Positions 12,414 through 25,271 of a stretch of DNA of 64,000 nucleotides are shown piece by piece. The stretch is from Octopus vulgaris. Its lineage: Eukaryota. The stretch spans positions 13,144,001 through 13,208,000 of the forward strand of contig OX597840.1 of NCBI GenBank assembly GCA_951406725.2. Reading direction: 5' to 3'. The first letter of the stretch is position 1. Each line of letters opens with the position of its first letter. A program made the position numbers and the translations under genes. The notes beneath the pieces are model-generated. The model saw nothing but the letters and a program-made list of their open reading frames with translations. It searched no databases and was not told the DNA's origin.

Positions 12414-12919
12414 TAACAACAAACAAGATGAGGACATTTATCAAATAAATATCCATTGAATGTAAATAATGTAAATAATTATTAAGTTATTGCACTAAAT
12501 TCCTTTCCAGAATTAATTGAAAGAGAGGCAGTGTAATTCAATAGAAATATAACTGAAAGAATTGATGGAAGACCAGTGGAGAAGTATGAAGCTTATTCAG
12601 GTTATTAGGATAGAATTATCTGGTGGAGCTTGCTTCAATGAACCTGATTCAGTCACATCACCTGTCAGGATTTTTGGTAGCATTAGGAGCAGAGGTCAGC
12701 AGGAAGACATCCTGTGTTTGTAAGACACTGATTGGTGAAGGTTTTGTTAGGGTTGAGAGTGAGTTGACCCTTGTATATGTAATCTCTGCCAGGGAGTTCA
12801 TAGTAGTGATGCCAAGAAATGGTCGTTTGGTGTAGAATCTAAAATTAGAGTTTAAATGTTGGATTTAAATGTCAGACTTAATATGAGAGAGGCGGATGGA
12901 GAGCTGATGCAAAGAGAGT

Positions 12920-13340
12920 GTGAAAAATGAGAGGAAGGGAGGGGGGGACAAAAATGGGGACTGTGAAAAGAATGAATGAGAAAAAAGGAGAAAAATGAAA
13001 AGAATGAACAAGAAAGGAAGAAGGAAACTGTGAAAAGATGAAAGAGAAAAAAGGATGAAAGAAAAAGGAACTGAAATGAAAGAGAAAAAGGAAACTAAGA
13101 AAAGAGTGAAAGAGAAAGAAAGAAGGAAACTGTGAAAAGATAAAAGAGAAAAATGAATGAAAATGTAAAAAGAAAGAAAACTGTTAAAAGAATGAAAGAA
13201 GGAAAACTATAAAGAAGGAAACTATAAAAAGGATGAAAGAGAAAAAAGAATGAAAGAAAAAGGAAATGAAATAAAAGAGAAAAAGGAAACTGATAAGAAT
13301 GAAAGTGAAGGAAAGAAGGAAAGAGAAAGAAAGAGGGGTT
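12920..13340. repeat. GA-rich low-complexity tract
   Basis: Directly visible. Confidence 0.9.
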
Positions 13341-13375
13341 GTAGAAAGATGGTAAATAGAAGAATGCCTGAAGGG

Positions 13376-13411
<36 letters not shown>

Positions 13412-13689
13412 GTTTGTGGAATGAGTTATTGCTTAATGTCACTAATGATGATAAAGATAATAAGGATCTCATTATCACAAATAAGGTGTTGCTTAATTTT
13501 TCAACAATGTCCTGAAAACACATGAAGTTTCTCTTTCTATTAACATCAATGATTGCAGAAACACTGCCATGTTGTATGTGACATTTGGAATGACCCATGA
13601 TGGCACCAGTTGCAGATTAGGTCAGTCTCATTGCTCTCTTCTCGGATCCTGTCTCAGAATCTACCATCCTTTTATATTATTTTTTTTTA

Positions 13690-13997
13690 AGTGCCCTTTT
13701 CAAGTCTAGCCAGGCTCATGGGTCCAGTTTCCCAGTTTCTGTGGCGTATGTGTTCCCCACCCCCAGCTGGACAGGACGCCAGCCCATCGCAGTGTTACTC
13801 AAGAAACAGGAAGAAAGAGTGAGAGAAAGTTGGGGTGAAAGAGTACAGCAGGGGTCGCCCCCGACCCTGCTGGAGCCTCGTAGAGCTTTAGGTGTTTTTG
13901 CTCAATGAACACAAACAACACCCACTCTGGGAATCGAAACTGCGATCCTCCAACCGTGAGTCCGCTGCCCTAACCACTGGGCCATTGCGCCTCCACA
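13690..13997 (-). mobile_element. SINE family C copy with tail Y
   Basis: RC head gtggaggcgcaatggcccagtggttagggcagcggactc...tttcgattccc (box A/B); body shared with 28606 and 56428. Confidence 0.82.
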
Positions 13998-14219
13998 TCC
14001 TTTTATATAACCTTGAAAAAAATCAGCAGTAAGAAGGAGACCGAGTTTGAAATAGCTCCACATTACAATTTCTTGTTCAGTGATATATACCACAATTCAC
14101 AGAAATATGATTACTCAAAGGTTTTGAGTTCAACTCTCACTAAAGGTAGCGTATCAAAAAACAGCAGGAGGACATCAAAGAGTCATGACCTAGTTTGAAA
14201 TAGAACCATGGATTAATGT

Positions 14220-14450
14220 GGCAAGTTGGCAGAAACGTTAGCAGGCCGGGTGAAATGCTTTGTGGTATTTCATCTGCCACTGTGTTCTGAGTTCAAAATC
14301 CGCCGAGGTCGACTTTGCCTTTCATCTTTTTGGGGTCGATAAATTAAGTACCAGTTACGCACTGGCGTCAATGTAATCGACTTAATCCCTTTCACTGTCC
14401 TTGTTTGTCCCCTCTGTGTTTAGCCCCTTGTGGGCAATAAAGAAATAAGA
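14220..14450 (+). mobile_element. SINE family B copy (core gtcgactttgcctttcatcctttcggggtcgataaattaagtaccag, Meta/MESC-like)
   Basis: Near-identical to 22841-23075, 44680-44902, 48840-49072. Confidence 0.85.
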
Positions 14451-14584
14451 ACCATGGTGCAAGTTCATGCAGGTGTTTATGGCTGAGCAATGTATACACC
14501 ACAGTTGAAGGAAATAAAGGTATCAGAAGGTTCTGAAGTAAATTCCCACTAATGATGGTATTTCAGAAACAGCTGATGACATAG

Positions 14585-14960
14585 GCACTGGAGTGGCTGT
14601 GTGGTAGGTGCTTACCAACCACATGGTTCCGGGTTCAGTTCCACTGTGTGGCACCTCGAGCAAGTATCAGGCCGACCAAAGCCTTGTGAGCGGATTTTGT
14701 AGACGGAAACTGAAAGAAGCCCATCATATATGTGTGTATGTGTGTGTTTGTATGTCTGTGTTTGTCCTCCCCACCATCACTTGACAACTGATGTTGGTGT
14801 GTTTACGTTCCCGTAACTTAGCGGTTCAGCAAAAGAGACCGATAGAATAAGTACTAGGCTTACAAAGACTAAGTCTTGGGGTCGATTTGTTCAACTAAAG
14901 GTAGTGCTCCAGCATGACTGCAGTTAAATGACTGAAACAAATAAAAGAATAAAAGAATAG
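14585..14960 (+). mobile_element. SINE family A copy
   Basis: Family motifs. Confidence 0.85.
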
Positions 14961-15764
14961 GTGGGGGCCCTGCTCCCTCAGAATATCAAAAACTAATGGG
15001 CTGAAACACTTGATGGAAGTTCTTCCTCTAAATCAGTGGTTTTCACACATTTTTTACCTGCGAATCCCTTTGATTCCTGTTTTACTCTGATGGGCCCCTA
15101 TGTTAAAACAAAAATTATTAGGGATCGTATGAAAATTTATTAAAATATTTTGTGTAATGTAGAAGTATAATTAATTTATTGTGCATAAACTTTAACAACA
15201 AAACCTTTTATAGACCTCTGGGAATCATATGGATCCCTGAGGATTGTATTGACCCTAGTTGAAGATCACTTCTCTAAATATTTCTCCTGCTGACTACTCG
15301 CCCTATATTGAGTTTTCTGTGTGTAGAGAAAAGAAAAATAATAAAATATATTTTGTATCTTTTAATTGTATTTTATTTCAAATTTATTTTCTTTTATATC
15401 ATTGACATGTGTATATGTGTATCTATATGTATGTGTTTGCATTTATATACAAAATTAGATTATACTCAGATGATTTTTGCTGCTATTTCTAGCAGTCCAA
15501 ATGACTACATAGATGTTCCTAGACTTGGCAGTACATTGTGTTCTTGAGCAAGACACTGTATTTCATGTTGCTTCAGTTCCCTCAGCTGGCAAAAATGAGT
15601 AACTCTGCAAGGGACTGGCAGCCCATCCAGGGGGGGGGGGGGATGTTTATACACACGAGAAACCGTGAGTCAGTATGACTTGGGAAAGACCATTATCCTT
15701 ATCTGCCTGTTGCCTGTAAGTCTTGCAACATGCCCAGCCCAGTGGAATTGTGCTTTTTGTATTC

Positions 15765-15990
15765 TTATTTCTTTATTGCCCACAAGGGGCTAAACATAGA
15801 GGGGACAAACAAGGACAGACAAAGGGATTAAATCGACCCCAGTGCATAACTGGTACTTAATTTATCGACTCCCGAAAGGATGAAAGGCAAAGTCGACCTC
15901 AGCGGAATTTGAACTCAGAACGTAATGGCAGATGAAATACCTCTAAGCATTTCGCTTGGCGTGCTAACATTTCTGCCAGCTCACCACCTT
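15765..15990 (-). mobile_element. SINE family B copy
   Basis: Reverse complement of family B consensus. Confidence 0.85.
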
Positions 15991-16994
15991 ATTATATTTC
16001 TGTGTGTGTGTGTGTAAACTATCTCCTGCACACATCCACCCTTTCTGGCATTCATCTTCTGCCTATCTCCTATAAACTCTGACATTTTAAACTCTATTTT
16101 TAGATTCTACAACAAGCAAATTGCTGTTTATTTACTTCATTAAGATAAGAAACTGTACTAATTTTATTCAGTCCCTAAATTTCGGTATTTCTCAAAATTT
16201 GCCAGCTTTACAAATCACAACATATTCCACACACACACACACACACACATTCTTGTTACTGTGTATTTAGTCTCCCCAGCCTTGGTCTGTTGTTCACCTC
16301 ATATGGACATTGAGAATTGGTCTCTATTTTTATGTTCTATTATATTCTAAGGCAAGCTGCCATTCGCAGAGATAATTATATTTACTTTTTAATTGTTCCC
16401 TAAATTCCATTATACCAAAATAAGTAAGTCTTGAGAAGCCCCATCACATTTTCCCACCCACATGCATGCAACAAAGTGCACCCCCACCCACCCCCACCCA
16501 GCCACCCACACCCACTCAGCCACCCACACCCACTCACACACCCCCACACACATTTACTCACACCCACATTCTTTATCTTCAGTCTTGAACTATTCCGCAT
16601 TCGCCTCACATTAACTCTGACACTTGACATCCAATCTCTATTTCTAACAAAGAAATACACTTCAAAGCTGACATTAATTAGTCAATTAATTACCATATTC
16701 TCTAGCATACAAGTTGGCATAGTATTTAGTGTAAACATTCAACCATTGTCTCTATCATTCTGAATTCTGTTGCCTTTCACATAGAACTTTGGCTCCGCCA
16801 AGTTCATCTTTGTGTAAAAGTTGGCTTACCTTTCTTTCGTAAGTGACTTACCAATCACTGTTTCCAGCAAAGAGTTACACTTCAAAGTTGAAATTAATTA
16901 GTTGGTTAATTACCATATTTTCTAGCTTACAAGTTGGCATGGTATATTGTGTACAAATTGCGCCTGCCACAACAGAATTGATACCTTAAAACTA

Positions 16995-17450
16995 AGGTAC
17001 CTTGTAAAAAGCATTGATGCTGGTGCCACATAAAAAGCACTGGTGATGGTGCCATGTAAGAAGCACTGGTGATGGTGTCACATAAAAAGTACTGGTGATG
17101 GTGCCACATAAAAAGTACTGGTGATGGTGCCACATAAAAAGTACTGGTGATGGTGCCATATAGAAACATTGGTGCTGGTGTCACATAAAAAGCACTGGTG
17201 CTGGTGCCACATAAAACGTACTGGTGATGGTGCCACATAAATGGAACTGGTGCTGGTGCCATATAAAAATCACAGATGCTGATGCCACATAATGTAAAGT
17301 GGTGGGCATTAGGAAGGGAATCCCAACTGTAGAATCTGGACTAAAACAAACTATGGAACCTGGTGCAGCCCCTGGCTTTGCCAGCACTTGTCAGGCCATT
17401 CAACCCATGCCAGCATAGAAAATACGTTAAAGGATGATTATGATGATGTG
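16995..17450 (+). repeat. ~26-nt tandem array (cataaaaagtactggtgatggtgcca, ~11 units) followed by an RTE-type 3' end with (GAT)n tail
   Basis: Units visible at 17010-17290; downstream caacccatgccagcatagaaa...gatgatg matches the RTE 3' terminus. Confidence 0.75.
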
Positions 17451-17482
17451 TAACATTCAATCATCATACTATCTATATTTTT

Positions 17483-18060
17483 AGAGATGAGGAATTATTT
17501 ACATTTGACTGATATTTGTCCTCATCTTGTTTGGCATAGTGGTTAAGAGCACGGGCTACTAACCCCAAGATTCCAAGTTCGCTTTCAGGCAGTGACCTGA
17601 ATAATAATAATAATAATAATGATAATAATAATAATAATAATAATGATAACAATAATAATAATAATGATAACAATAATAATAATAATGATGATAATAACAA
17701 TAATAATAATGATGATGATGATAATAACAATAATAATAATAATAATAATGATAATAACAATAATAATGATAATAATGATAATAACAACAATAATAATAAT
17801 AATAATAATGATGATAATAACAATAATAATAATAATGATAATAACAATAATAATAATAATGATAATAACAATAATAATAATAATGATAATAATGATAATA
17901 ATGATAATAATAATAATAACATTGAAAAATACCTTAGGAACGAGAACCCAGGTTTGAAATTTCCCCAAGACACCTGATGAAGGCTGGAGGGTATAACAGC
18001 CAAAACGTGTTAACAACAAACAAGATGAGGACAAATATCTGTCAAATGTAAATAATGTAA
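17483..18060 (+). mobile_element. Non-autonomous PLE derivative: tRNA-like head, expanded (AAT)n and hammerhead-bearing pLTR, bounded by a 39-bp inverted repeat
   Basis: 17494-17532 is an inverted repeat of 18018-18056 (1 mismatch); tRNA-like 17533-17600; CTGATGA-aggctg...cagcc-AAAACGT at 17974-18008 (GAAA mutated). Confidence 0.75.
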
Positions 18061-18309
18061 ATCATTACTATCTTTCTAAATCCGGCTGCATTTCACATGG
18101 AATTTTGGGTCCTCCAAATTCATCTTCGTGTGAAAGCTGACCTACTTTTTCCATAAGTAACTCACAAATAACTATTTCTACCAAATCAAAATACACCTCA
18201 GAGTTGGAATAGTCCTGTCAAAATGTCCAACCCATGCCAGCATAGAAAATGGACGTTAAATGATGATGATGGTCATTATAACCAAACATAAGACAATATG
18301 TTCAATTTC

Positions 18310-18790
18310 TGGAAATGCATTTGTGTCCTTGAGCAAGACACTTTATTTCACTTTGCTCCACTCAGCTGGCTAAAATGAGTAGTACCTGTAATTCAAAGGG
18401 CCAGCCTTGACACACTCTGTGTCACATTTAATCTCCCTGAGCACTACAATGTCTGTGGAGTACTCAGCCACTGGCACGTTAATTTCTCAAGCTGGCCATT
18501 CCATTGCTCATATCAACTGGAACACTTGTCATTACCAATCATGAGATTGTGTGTTCAATTCCTGGTGATGCATTGCATCCTTAAGCAAAACTCTCTATTT
18601 CACATTGCCCCACTTCACTCAGCTGGCAAAGACGAGTTGTACCAGTAATTCAAAAGGGAACCAACCTTGTCATGCTGAATTTCCCTGAGAACTACTTTAA
18701 ATGACTTGAATGACTGTGGAGTACTCAGCCACTTGCATGATAATTTTTTGAGCAGGCTGTTCTGTTGAATGGATCAAATAGAATATTCAT
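18310..18790 (+). mobile_element. Two tandem SINE family D copies
   Basis: Body and tail X repeated at 18310-18535 and 18545-18790. Confidence 0.7.
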
Positions 18791-19001
18791 TCTCATAACC
18801 ATGGAGTACTTGTTATAGCTTCACATGTAGACATATATGTGTGATTAAGCAGTTTGCTTCTCAACCGCATGGTACCAGGTTCAATCCTACTGCATGGCAC
18901 CTTGGGCAATTGTTTTTAATTGTAGCCTTGAGCCGACCAATGGCTTGTGAGTGGATTTGGTGGATGGAAGCCCATGATATATATGAGTGTATGTATATAT
19001 A

Positions 19002-20259
19002 TAGGATGCGTAAAATATCTGAGGACAGATTTATGTTTATAAAAAAACATATATAACAGATGATAACTTTATTTATCAAAAAATGCTATGAGGATAAAAA
19101 TAAACCTTCTTTTCTATAATGTTATTTAATAAAGCCACCATCAGCTTCAACAACTGCTTCTATATGAGATCTAAATCACCCACATGCTTGAATCAAGTGG
19201 TCCTGGTTCATTTTGGACGTTACTCTAACTATGGCAGCTTTCAAAGAATCTTTGGTGTTATGGGTGTGTTCATTGACCTCTCTCTCAACAATGCTCCCCA
19301 TATAATAGTCCAATGGATTGAGATCTGGGGAATTAGGAGGCCAAATGTTAGAGGTTATGTGATCATGAAAATTTTCAGCCATCCATTCCTGTGTTACTAA
19401 AGCCATGTGTCATAGTGCAGAGTCTTACTGAAATACATGGCCTTCCATTGTATACACTATCTATCCAGGGCTTAACAATTATTTCCAGGACCGCAATGTA
19501 GGCAGCAGAGTTAACTCTAAGGCCTTGTGCAAAGAAGTAAGGCGGCATCAAATGTCCTTTACTGCTGACAACCCCTAAAACCATGACAGTTGCAAAAAAT
19601 TTTGTGTGCATAACACTTGGAACTTCATAAGGGTCTGCACATAACCATCTGTTATTTCTTCTATTAACTTTTTGATCTTGGTCAAAGTTTTTCTCATTTG
19701 AGAAAAACCAAATCAAATCTTCTTCTACTGGATTTTTCAGTTGGTTTAAGAGCCTTTTAGATCTGATGTAGTGATTTTCTTTTGCCTTTTCTGACAAACT
19801 GATCTTTCCTCATCATATAAGACTTATATCTGATGTCTTTGTGAACAACATTTCTGACTGTTCCTTCTGATACATTGAGAACTTTTGAAAATGACCTCAT
19901 GGACTTTCTGAGACTGTAATCAATGGTCTGTTGAACTTGCTAGATGAATTCATGTGTTCTAATGATTTCAGAATGTTTAGAATGCTTTTTATGCTTTGAT
20001 ACTGGTGATACGTTTCCATCTTCAGTCTCTAACTCCTTACAAACTTAGTAGACAAAAGATTTAACAACTTTTAAAAATCGAGATATTTCTAAATCGCTAT
20101 GCTCAGCCTTTATAACCACAATAACAGCATGCCTCTTCATTTCTTGAGTAAACTGAGGGTCTACCATTATTATTTTCTGAAACAAAGATTATCCAGTGTT
20201 AGCTAAAAGTGTAGCAGTTACACAAAAGAGGTATGTCCTCAAATACCTTATGCATCCTG
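19002..20259 (-). mobile_element. Full-length but inactivated Tc1/mariner transposon (maT/DD37D-like)
   Basis: Imperfect TIRs taggatgcgtaaaatatctgaggaca / tgtcctcaaataccttatgcatcctg with flanking TA; frameshifted transposase with FFSNEKNF, VMVLGVVSSKG and WPPNSPDLNPLDY. Confidence 0.9.
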
Positions 20260-20569
20260 TATCTATGGGTGTGTGATGTCTTGGCTTGTCATATGTGAAA
20301 GCTGTAAACAAGCATCACTGTCATACCAGTGATGCTGTCTGTTTCCAGTCTTCTGTGAAAGACATGTCTGGAAATGGGTGAGAGTTGGTAAAGGGAGGAG
20401 TGTCTGGTTGTAGAAAATTTACCTCAATGAATTCTTTCTGAGACATGCAATAATGGAATAGGGAACATTAAAATGAATGATAATGAATATACTGTATATA
20501 TGAAGGGGCGCCGAAAAGTTCCTGGTTTTGGATAAAAGGAAAGGCAGGAGGGTCACTTAATTTTTACTT

Positions 20570-20865
20570 TCTTCAGTGCTGGAGCACTGCCTTTAGTCAA
20601 ACAAATCAGCTCCAGGATTTATTCTTTGTAAGCGTAGTACTTATTCTATTGTGTTCTTTTGCTGAACTACTAAGTTACAAGGATGTAAACACACCAACAT
20701 CAGTGTCAAGTGATGGTGGGGTGACAAATGCAGACACACAAAAAAATACACACATATATGGTAGAAGACACTTTCCCAAGGTGGCTCTGAACCTGGGCAG
20801 TGGGACTGAACCTGGAACCACATGGTTGGGCAGCAAGCTTCTTACCACACAGCCACTCCTGTGCT
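20570..20865 (-). mobile_element. SINE family A copy, internally deleted
   Basis: Family motifs on minus strand. Confidence 0.75.
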
Positions 20866-21489
20866 GCGACACAGCATGGGTTTTAGCCGCTCTATGTACA
20901 GGGTGGTGCTGAAAAGTTCCTGGCTCTGAGTAACAGAAAATACAGAAGTATCACTTAATTATGATTTTATTGAACATAGAAAACTACAGAAGAAAGCAGG
21001 CACCTACATGTCTAGTGATTAATCGGTAGAGAGCATGTGAGAACTACTTGATAATTTGTGAAAGATCGAAGACTAGAGCTCTAGATAGTATTATTATAAT
21101 TAGTATTATTATTACTATTATTACTATTATTATTATTATCATTATTATTATTATTATTATTATTACTATTGTTACTGGCTGTGAATGGTCAGGTTTCACA
21201 CTGCTTCACATAGTATATATCTTATTTCAAGAGTGTTGTGCATAAAAGAAATGTTTTGGAGACTTGTTTTATCTCCAAGGGATTTATATTTTTTTGAAAA
21301 TCTACCCCTGTTACATAAAGAAAAAGGTGAGGTTTGTCATTAGACTGTTTAAACACACAGCTTTGATAAGCAGCCATTTGCAATAATTACATGTGTTTTA
21401 AGATGGCCGCTTGAACGGTGTCAGGAAGAGATGCTGGCCACAGTGATCAAAGCTGTGACATAGCATGGGTCTTAGTTGCCCTATACTCT

Positions 21490-21880
21490 CTTTTATACTC
21501 TTTTACTTGTTTCAGTCATTTGACTGTGGCCATGCTGGAGCACCGCCTTTAGTCGAACAAATCGACCCCAGGACTTATTCTTTGTAAGCCTAGTACTTAT
21601 TCTATCAGTCTCTTTGGCTGAACCGCTAAGTTACAGGGACGTAAACACACCAGCATCGGTTGTCAAATGATGTTGGGGGACAAACACAAACATATACACA
21701 CATATATACATATATACGACGGGCTTCTTCAGTTTCCGTCTACCAAATCCACTCACAAGGCTTTGGTCGGCCTGAGGATATAGTAGAAGACATTTGCCAA
21801 AGGTGCCATGCAGTGGGAATGAACCCAGAACCATGTGGTTGGTAAACAAGCTACTTACCACACAGCCACTCCTGCGCCTA
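21490..21880 (-). mobile_element. SINE family A copy, full length
   Basis: Family motifs on minus strand. Confidence 0.9.
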
Positions 21881-21882
21881 TG

Positions 21883-22102
21883 TACAAGGGGATGCTGAAA
21901 AGTTTCTGGCTTTGGGTTAAAGAAAATACAGGAGGATCAGTTAACTAAGAGTATTTCAACATATTCCCCTCTCAGATTCACACACTTATTGCAGTGGTCA
22001 TTCAGTTTTTCTAAGCCCTGTAAAAGAACCCAGAATGTTGGGCCTCCAACCAGACCTTTTGTGATACCCTTAAAGCCAGGAACTTTTCAGCAGCCCCTTG
22101 TA
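21883..22102. mobile_element. Mariner-type MITE (~220 bp)
   Basis: TIRs tacaaggggatgctgaaaagtttctggcttt / aaagccaggaacttttcagcagccccttgta; second copy at 29803-30022; partial ends at ~20500 and ~20897. Confidence 0.85.
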
Positions 22103-22139
22103 TATTTCTGTATAACTTAATGCAATAAAGGGTATTTGT

Positions 22140-22800
22140 CTCATAATCATATGATCATGTGTTCAGTTCCTGGCAGTGAATTTGGTCCTTGAGCAAAACA
22201 CTTTATTTCACATTGCTCTAGTCCACTCTGCTGGCAAAAGGGAATAGTACCTCTATACTGAAGAACCAGCCTTCTCACATTCTGTGTCTTGCTGAATTTC
22301 TCTGAGAACCACATGTTATAATGGAAGGCAAGGTTTACGATATCAGGAGAATATTGCCTTTTCCCATTATATCTTGTTCTTCATGTAGTTCAGGCTCCGG
22401 CCAGTGAAGTGTGCTCAGTAAGCGCTGCTGCGAAAGAGCAGAGAGAGAGAATGAATCTGTTTCTGTTTTGCCCTTATATACATTTTGCCATTGCAAGCCT
22501 CGTGATCTCACACCTGGCAAATGGATGCAGGTGAGGTCTCGCTCCAGTCTTGGAGATGGCAATGGCTGCCACGAGATCTCATCCAATATGGCGCTGACTA
22601 CTTGTGCTGCTACAGTGTCTATGGTGCTTTTGTATATAGTTTGCAAGATTCTTTATGTGGATATTTGCATGAAGATTCTCCCTTGATGCAACAAAAAATG
22701 TCTATGGAATGCTCAGCCACTTGCACATTAATTTCACGAGCGAACTCTTCTGTTGATTGGATCAACTGGAGTGCTTGTCATCGTAACCAATGGAGGGCCT
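22140..22800 (+). mobile_element. SINE family D copy split by a 380-bp insertion
   Basis: Tail X stops at gagaacc (22310) and resumes at tgtctatggaatgctcagcc (22699). Confidence 0.7.
22314..22693 (-). mobile_element. Probable solo LTR
   Basis: Termini TGTT...AACA; TATATAA box on minus strand followed by a CT-rich stretch; inserted in a SINE; no clean TSD. Confidence 0.5.
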
Positions 22801-22840
22801 GTTAAAGCTCCACATGTAGACAAAAACGTTGCACTTTTAA

Positions 22841-23075
22841 GGCGGCGAGCTGGCAGAAACGTTAGCACACCGGGCAGAATGCCTAGCAGTGTTTCGTCTA
22901 TCGCTACATTCTGAGTTCAAATTCTGCCAAGGCCGACTTTGCCTTTCATCCTTTCAGGGTCGATTAAATGAGTACCAGTTATGCACTGGGGTCGATATAA
23001 TTGACTTAATCTCCGTGTCTGTCCTTGTTTGTCCCCTCTGTGTGTGTAGCCCCTTGTGGGCAGTAAAGAAATAAG
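22841..23075 (+). mobile_element. SINE family B copy
   Basis: ggcggcgagctggcagaaacgttagc head and core. Confidence 0.87.
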
Positions 23076-24107
23076 AAATGTTGCACTTTTCTGTCAAAAT
23101 CTTGCTGGTTTCCTCTCAATAATAAAATTTCATTTTTTACCCCAAAAAGTATTTCTAAAAAAATTTCTCGTATTGAGTTTCCTAATCACATTACTTCTCC
23201 TCCTTATTGTTATTAAATTCTGGGAAATCATCAATGTTTATTTTTAATTGTAAAAAAAAAAAAAAAAAGATTTTAAATTCAATTTAAAAAATAAAAATTC
23301 TGTATTGAATTATCCTAATTATTTATTCATTTTTTTGACTTATTTATATATTTCTTTATTTGAAATATTAATTTCATTTTTCTTCTGTAACTTTTTAACA
23401 TTTCTTCTTTTTCAATTTTATTTCCACATTTTTTTTCATATTATGATTATCATTACTTCTGCCAATATACAACTGAACTAATCATGAGACCAATTAATTA
23501 GCTGCCTCGTTAGTGTTTGTTTGGATATTTTTCTTATTTTGTTTGTTAGATTTTTAAGTTATATTTTATGTCATTGATATAATATTGAGATTTTTTGCGG
23601 ATGCATTACGGGTGAGGGAAATATAAAACAAATTCATTTAGCAAGCTTCGGTCATTGGTCTGCATCCATCCGGGGACACTGCCTTGAAGGTCAATTATAG
23701 TAATCCCAATACATGTCTAGAAGTCTGCTACTTTTATTTTAATGATCCCTGTTTGTTGCACTGCTAAGTTTTGTCCTATAACAGTTCCATCTGGCTTGTT
23801 CTACAAGCCCTGTTCACACACACGTTTTTTTTTTTTTACTTGTTTCAGTCATTTGACTGTGGCCATACTGGGGCACTGCTTTGAGGAATTTTAATTAAAA
23901 CAAATTGACCCCTTTACTTGTTTTTAAAAAATTTATTTTACATATTCTATCATTATCTTATTGCTGAACTACTAAGTCACAGGGACATAAACACAGAAAA
24001 ACCAGATGAGGGATAAACATACACACACACATGCCTTGGGTGTCTTTTCAGTTTCCATCTACCAAAACCTTATGAGTGAATTTGGTATACAAAAACTGAA
24101 AAGAAGC

Positions 24108-24152
<45 letters not shown>

Positions 24153-24539
24153 CTATTATGTTAAACGTCCAAATTTGGCCAAATGCATTTTTGCAGTATT
24201 TAATTTTGTTTGCGATAGCCAGTTCTTTTGGTCAAACTATCGTATCTCCAGCTGCTTCAGATGCCAAGATATGAAAAATTGTCAAAATGTAGTACAATGA
24301 CTTAGCATTTTTCAAAAGTATAGTAAGTCCCACATACAACAGCTTTGCAAGAATATTTCTGACTGAAAATATCATACAGGCATGGAGTTAGGATTTTATG
24401 CCCCCAACAAAGTATTACTGTTAAGCTGAATCTGTTGCTAATGTAAAAAGAAATGGTATGGTGAAACTATTTTTATGTTTTCTGAAAAAGCAATGTTTGG
24501 ACTTATGTTTGCATAATAGCAACGATTGATATATATATA

Positions 24540-24588
<49 letters not shown>

Positions 24589-24667
24589 ATGTGTATATAT
24601 ATATGTGTGTGTGTGTATATATATATGTGTGTTTGTATATATGTGTGTGTGTATGTGTATATATATA

Positions 24668-24712
<45 letters not shown>

Positions 24713-25271
24713 TTGTATATATGTGTATATATATATATGTGTGTGTGTGTGTGTATATATATGTGTGTATAAATATATATATGTGTGTGTAAGAAAAGTG
24801 ACATTTTGCCCCCCCCCCCCTGGAGTAAACAGCCTGACCAGTTACAAAGAAATAAACAAAACAATTTTTTCTTCTTTCTCTCCCTTTTCTTCTTTTCCTT
24901 CTTTTTCTTTAACACTTGTTTCAGATACAAAGACACACACACACACACACATATGCTCTCTCTCACTTTCTCCCCATTCATCACCCTCTTGTACTATCTT
25001 ATATCTCTCCCCACCTCTACACACTCAATAACACTATAAAAATAGTCAAATTTTCCCCAAGAACTTAGTTCAATTTGAAAACTCCACTAGAATGGACAAA
25101 AGCGCTAATATATGATATATGATATATAATGTATAAAAACATGTAATATACAAATAAATATCTGTAAATATAAAACCATCCAAATTTCTGAGTACCTCAT
25201 TTCTTCTAATATAAAATACCTGTACATCATCTCCAAACCTTCTAATATACATGTGTGTATATATATATATA

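Larger units (their letters stand above)
11775..12480 (-). mobile_element. Penelope-like element remnant: GIY-YIG endonuclease C-terminus, tRNA-like segment, (AAT)n and pLTR, with an inverted pLTR copy at the other end
   Basis: RC of 12070-12290 reads SDITDHVWKNGDHLP/WDEVKIIDREHHWKIRKLKEAAHMLGHNNLLSR, typical of the PLE GIY-YIG tail; 11786-11945 is an inverted repeat of 12300-12480. Confidence 0.8.

Noticed and set aside
17533-17600. Functional tRNA gene (also SINE heads at 28606 and 58858)
   Set aside because: Poor acceptor stem, unusual ACT anticodon, and embedded in repeats; treated as tRNA-derived
22335-22646. 103-aa ORF as a host gene
   Set aside because: Lies wholly within an LTR-like insertion; no recognisable domain
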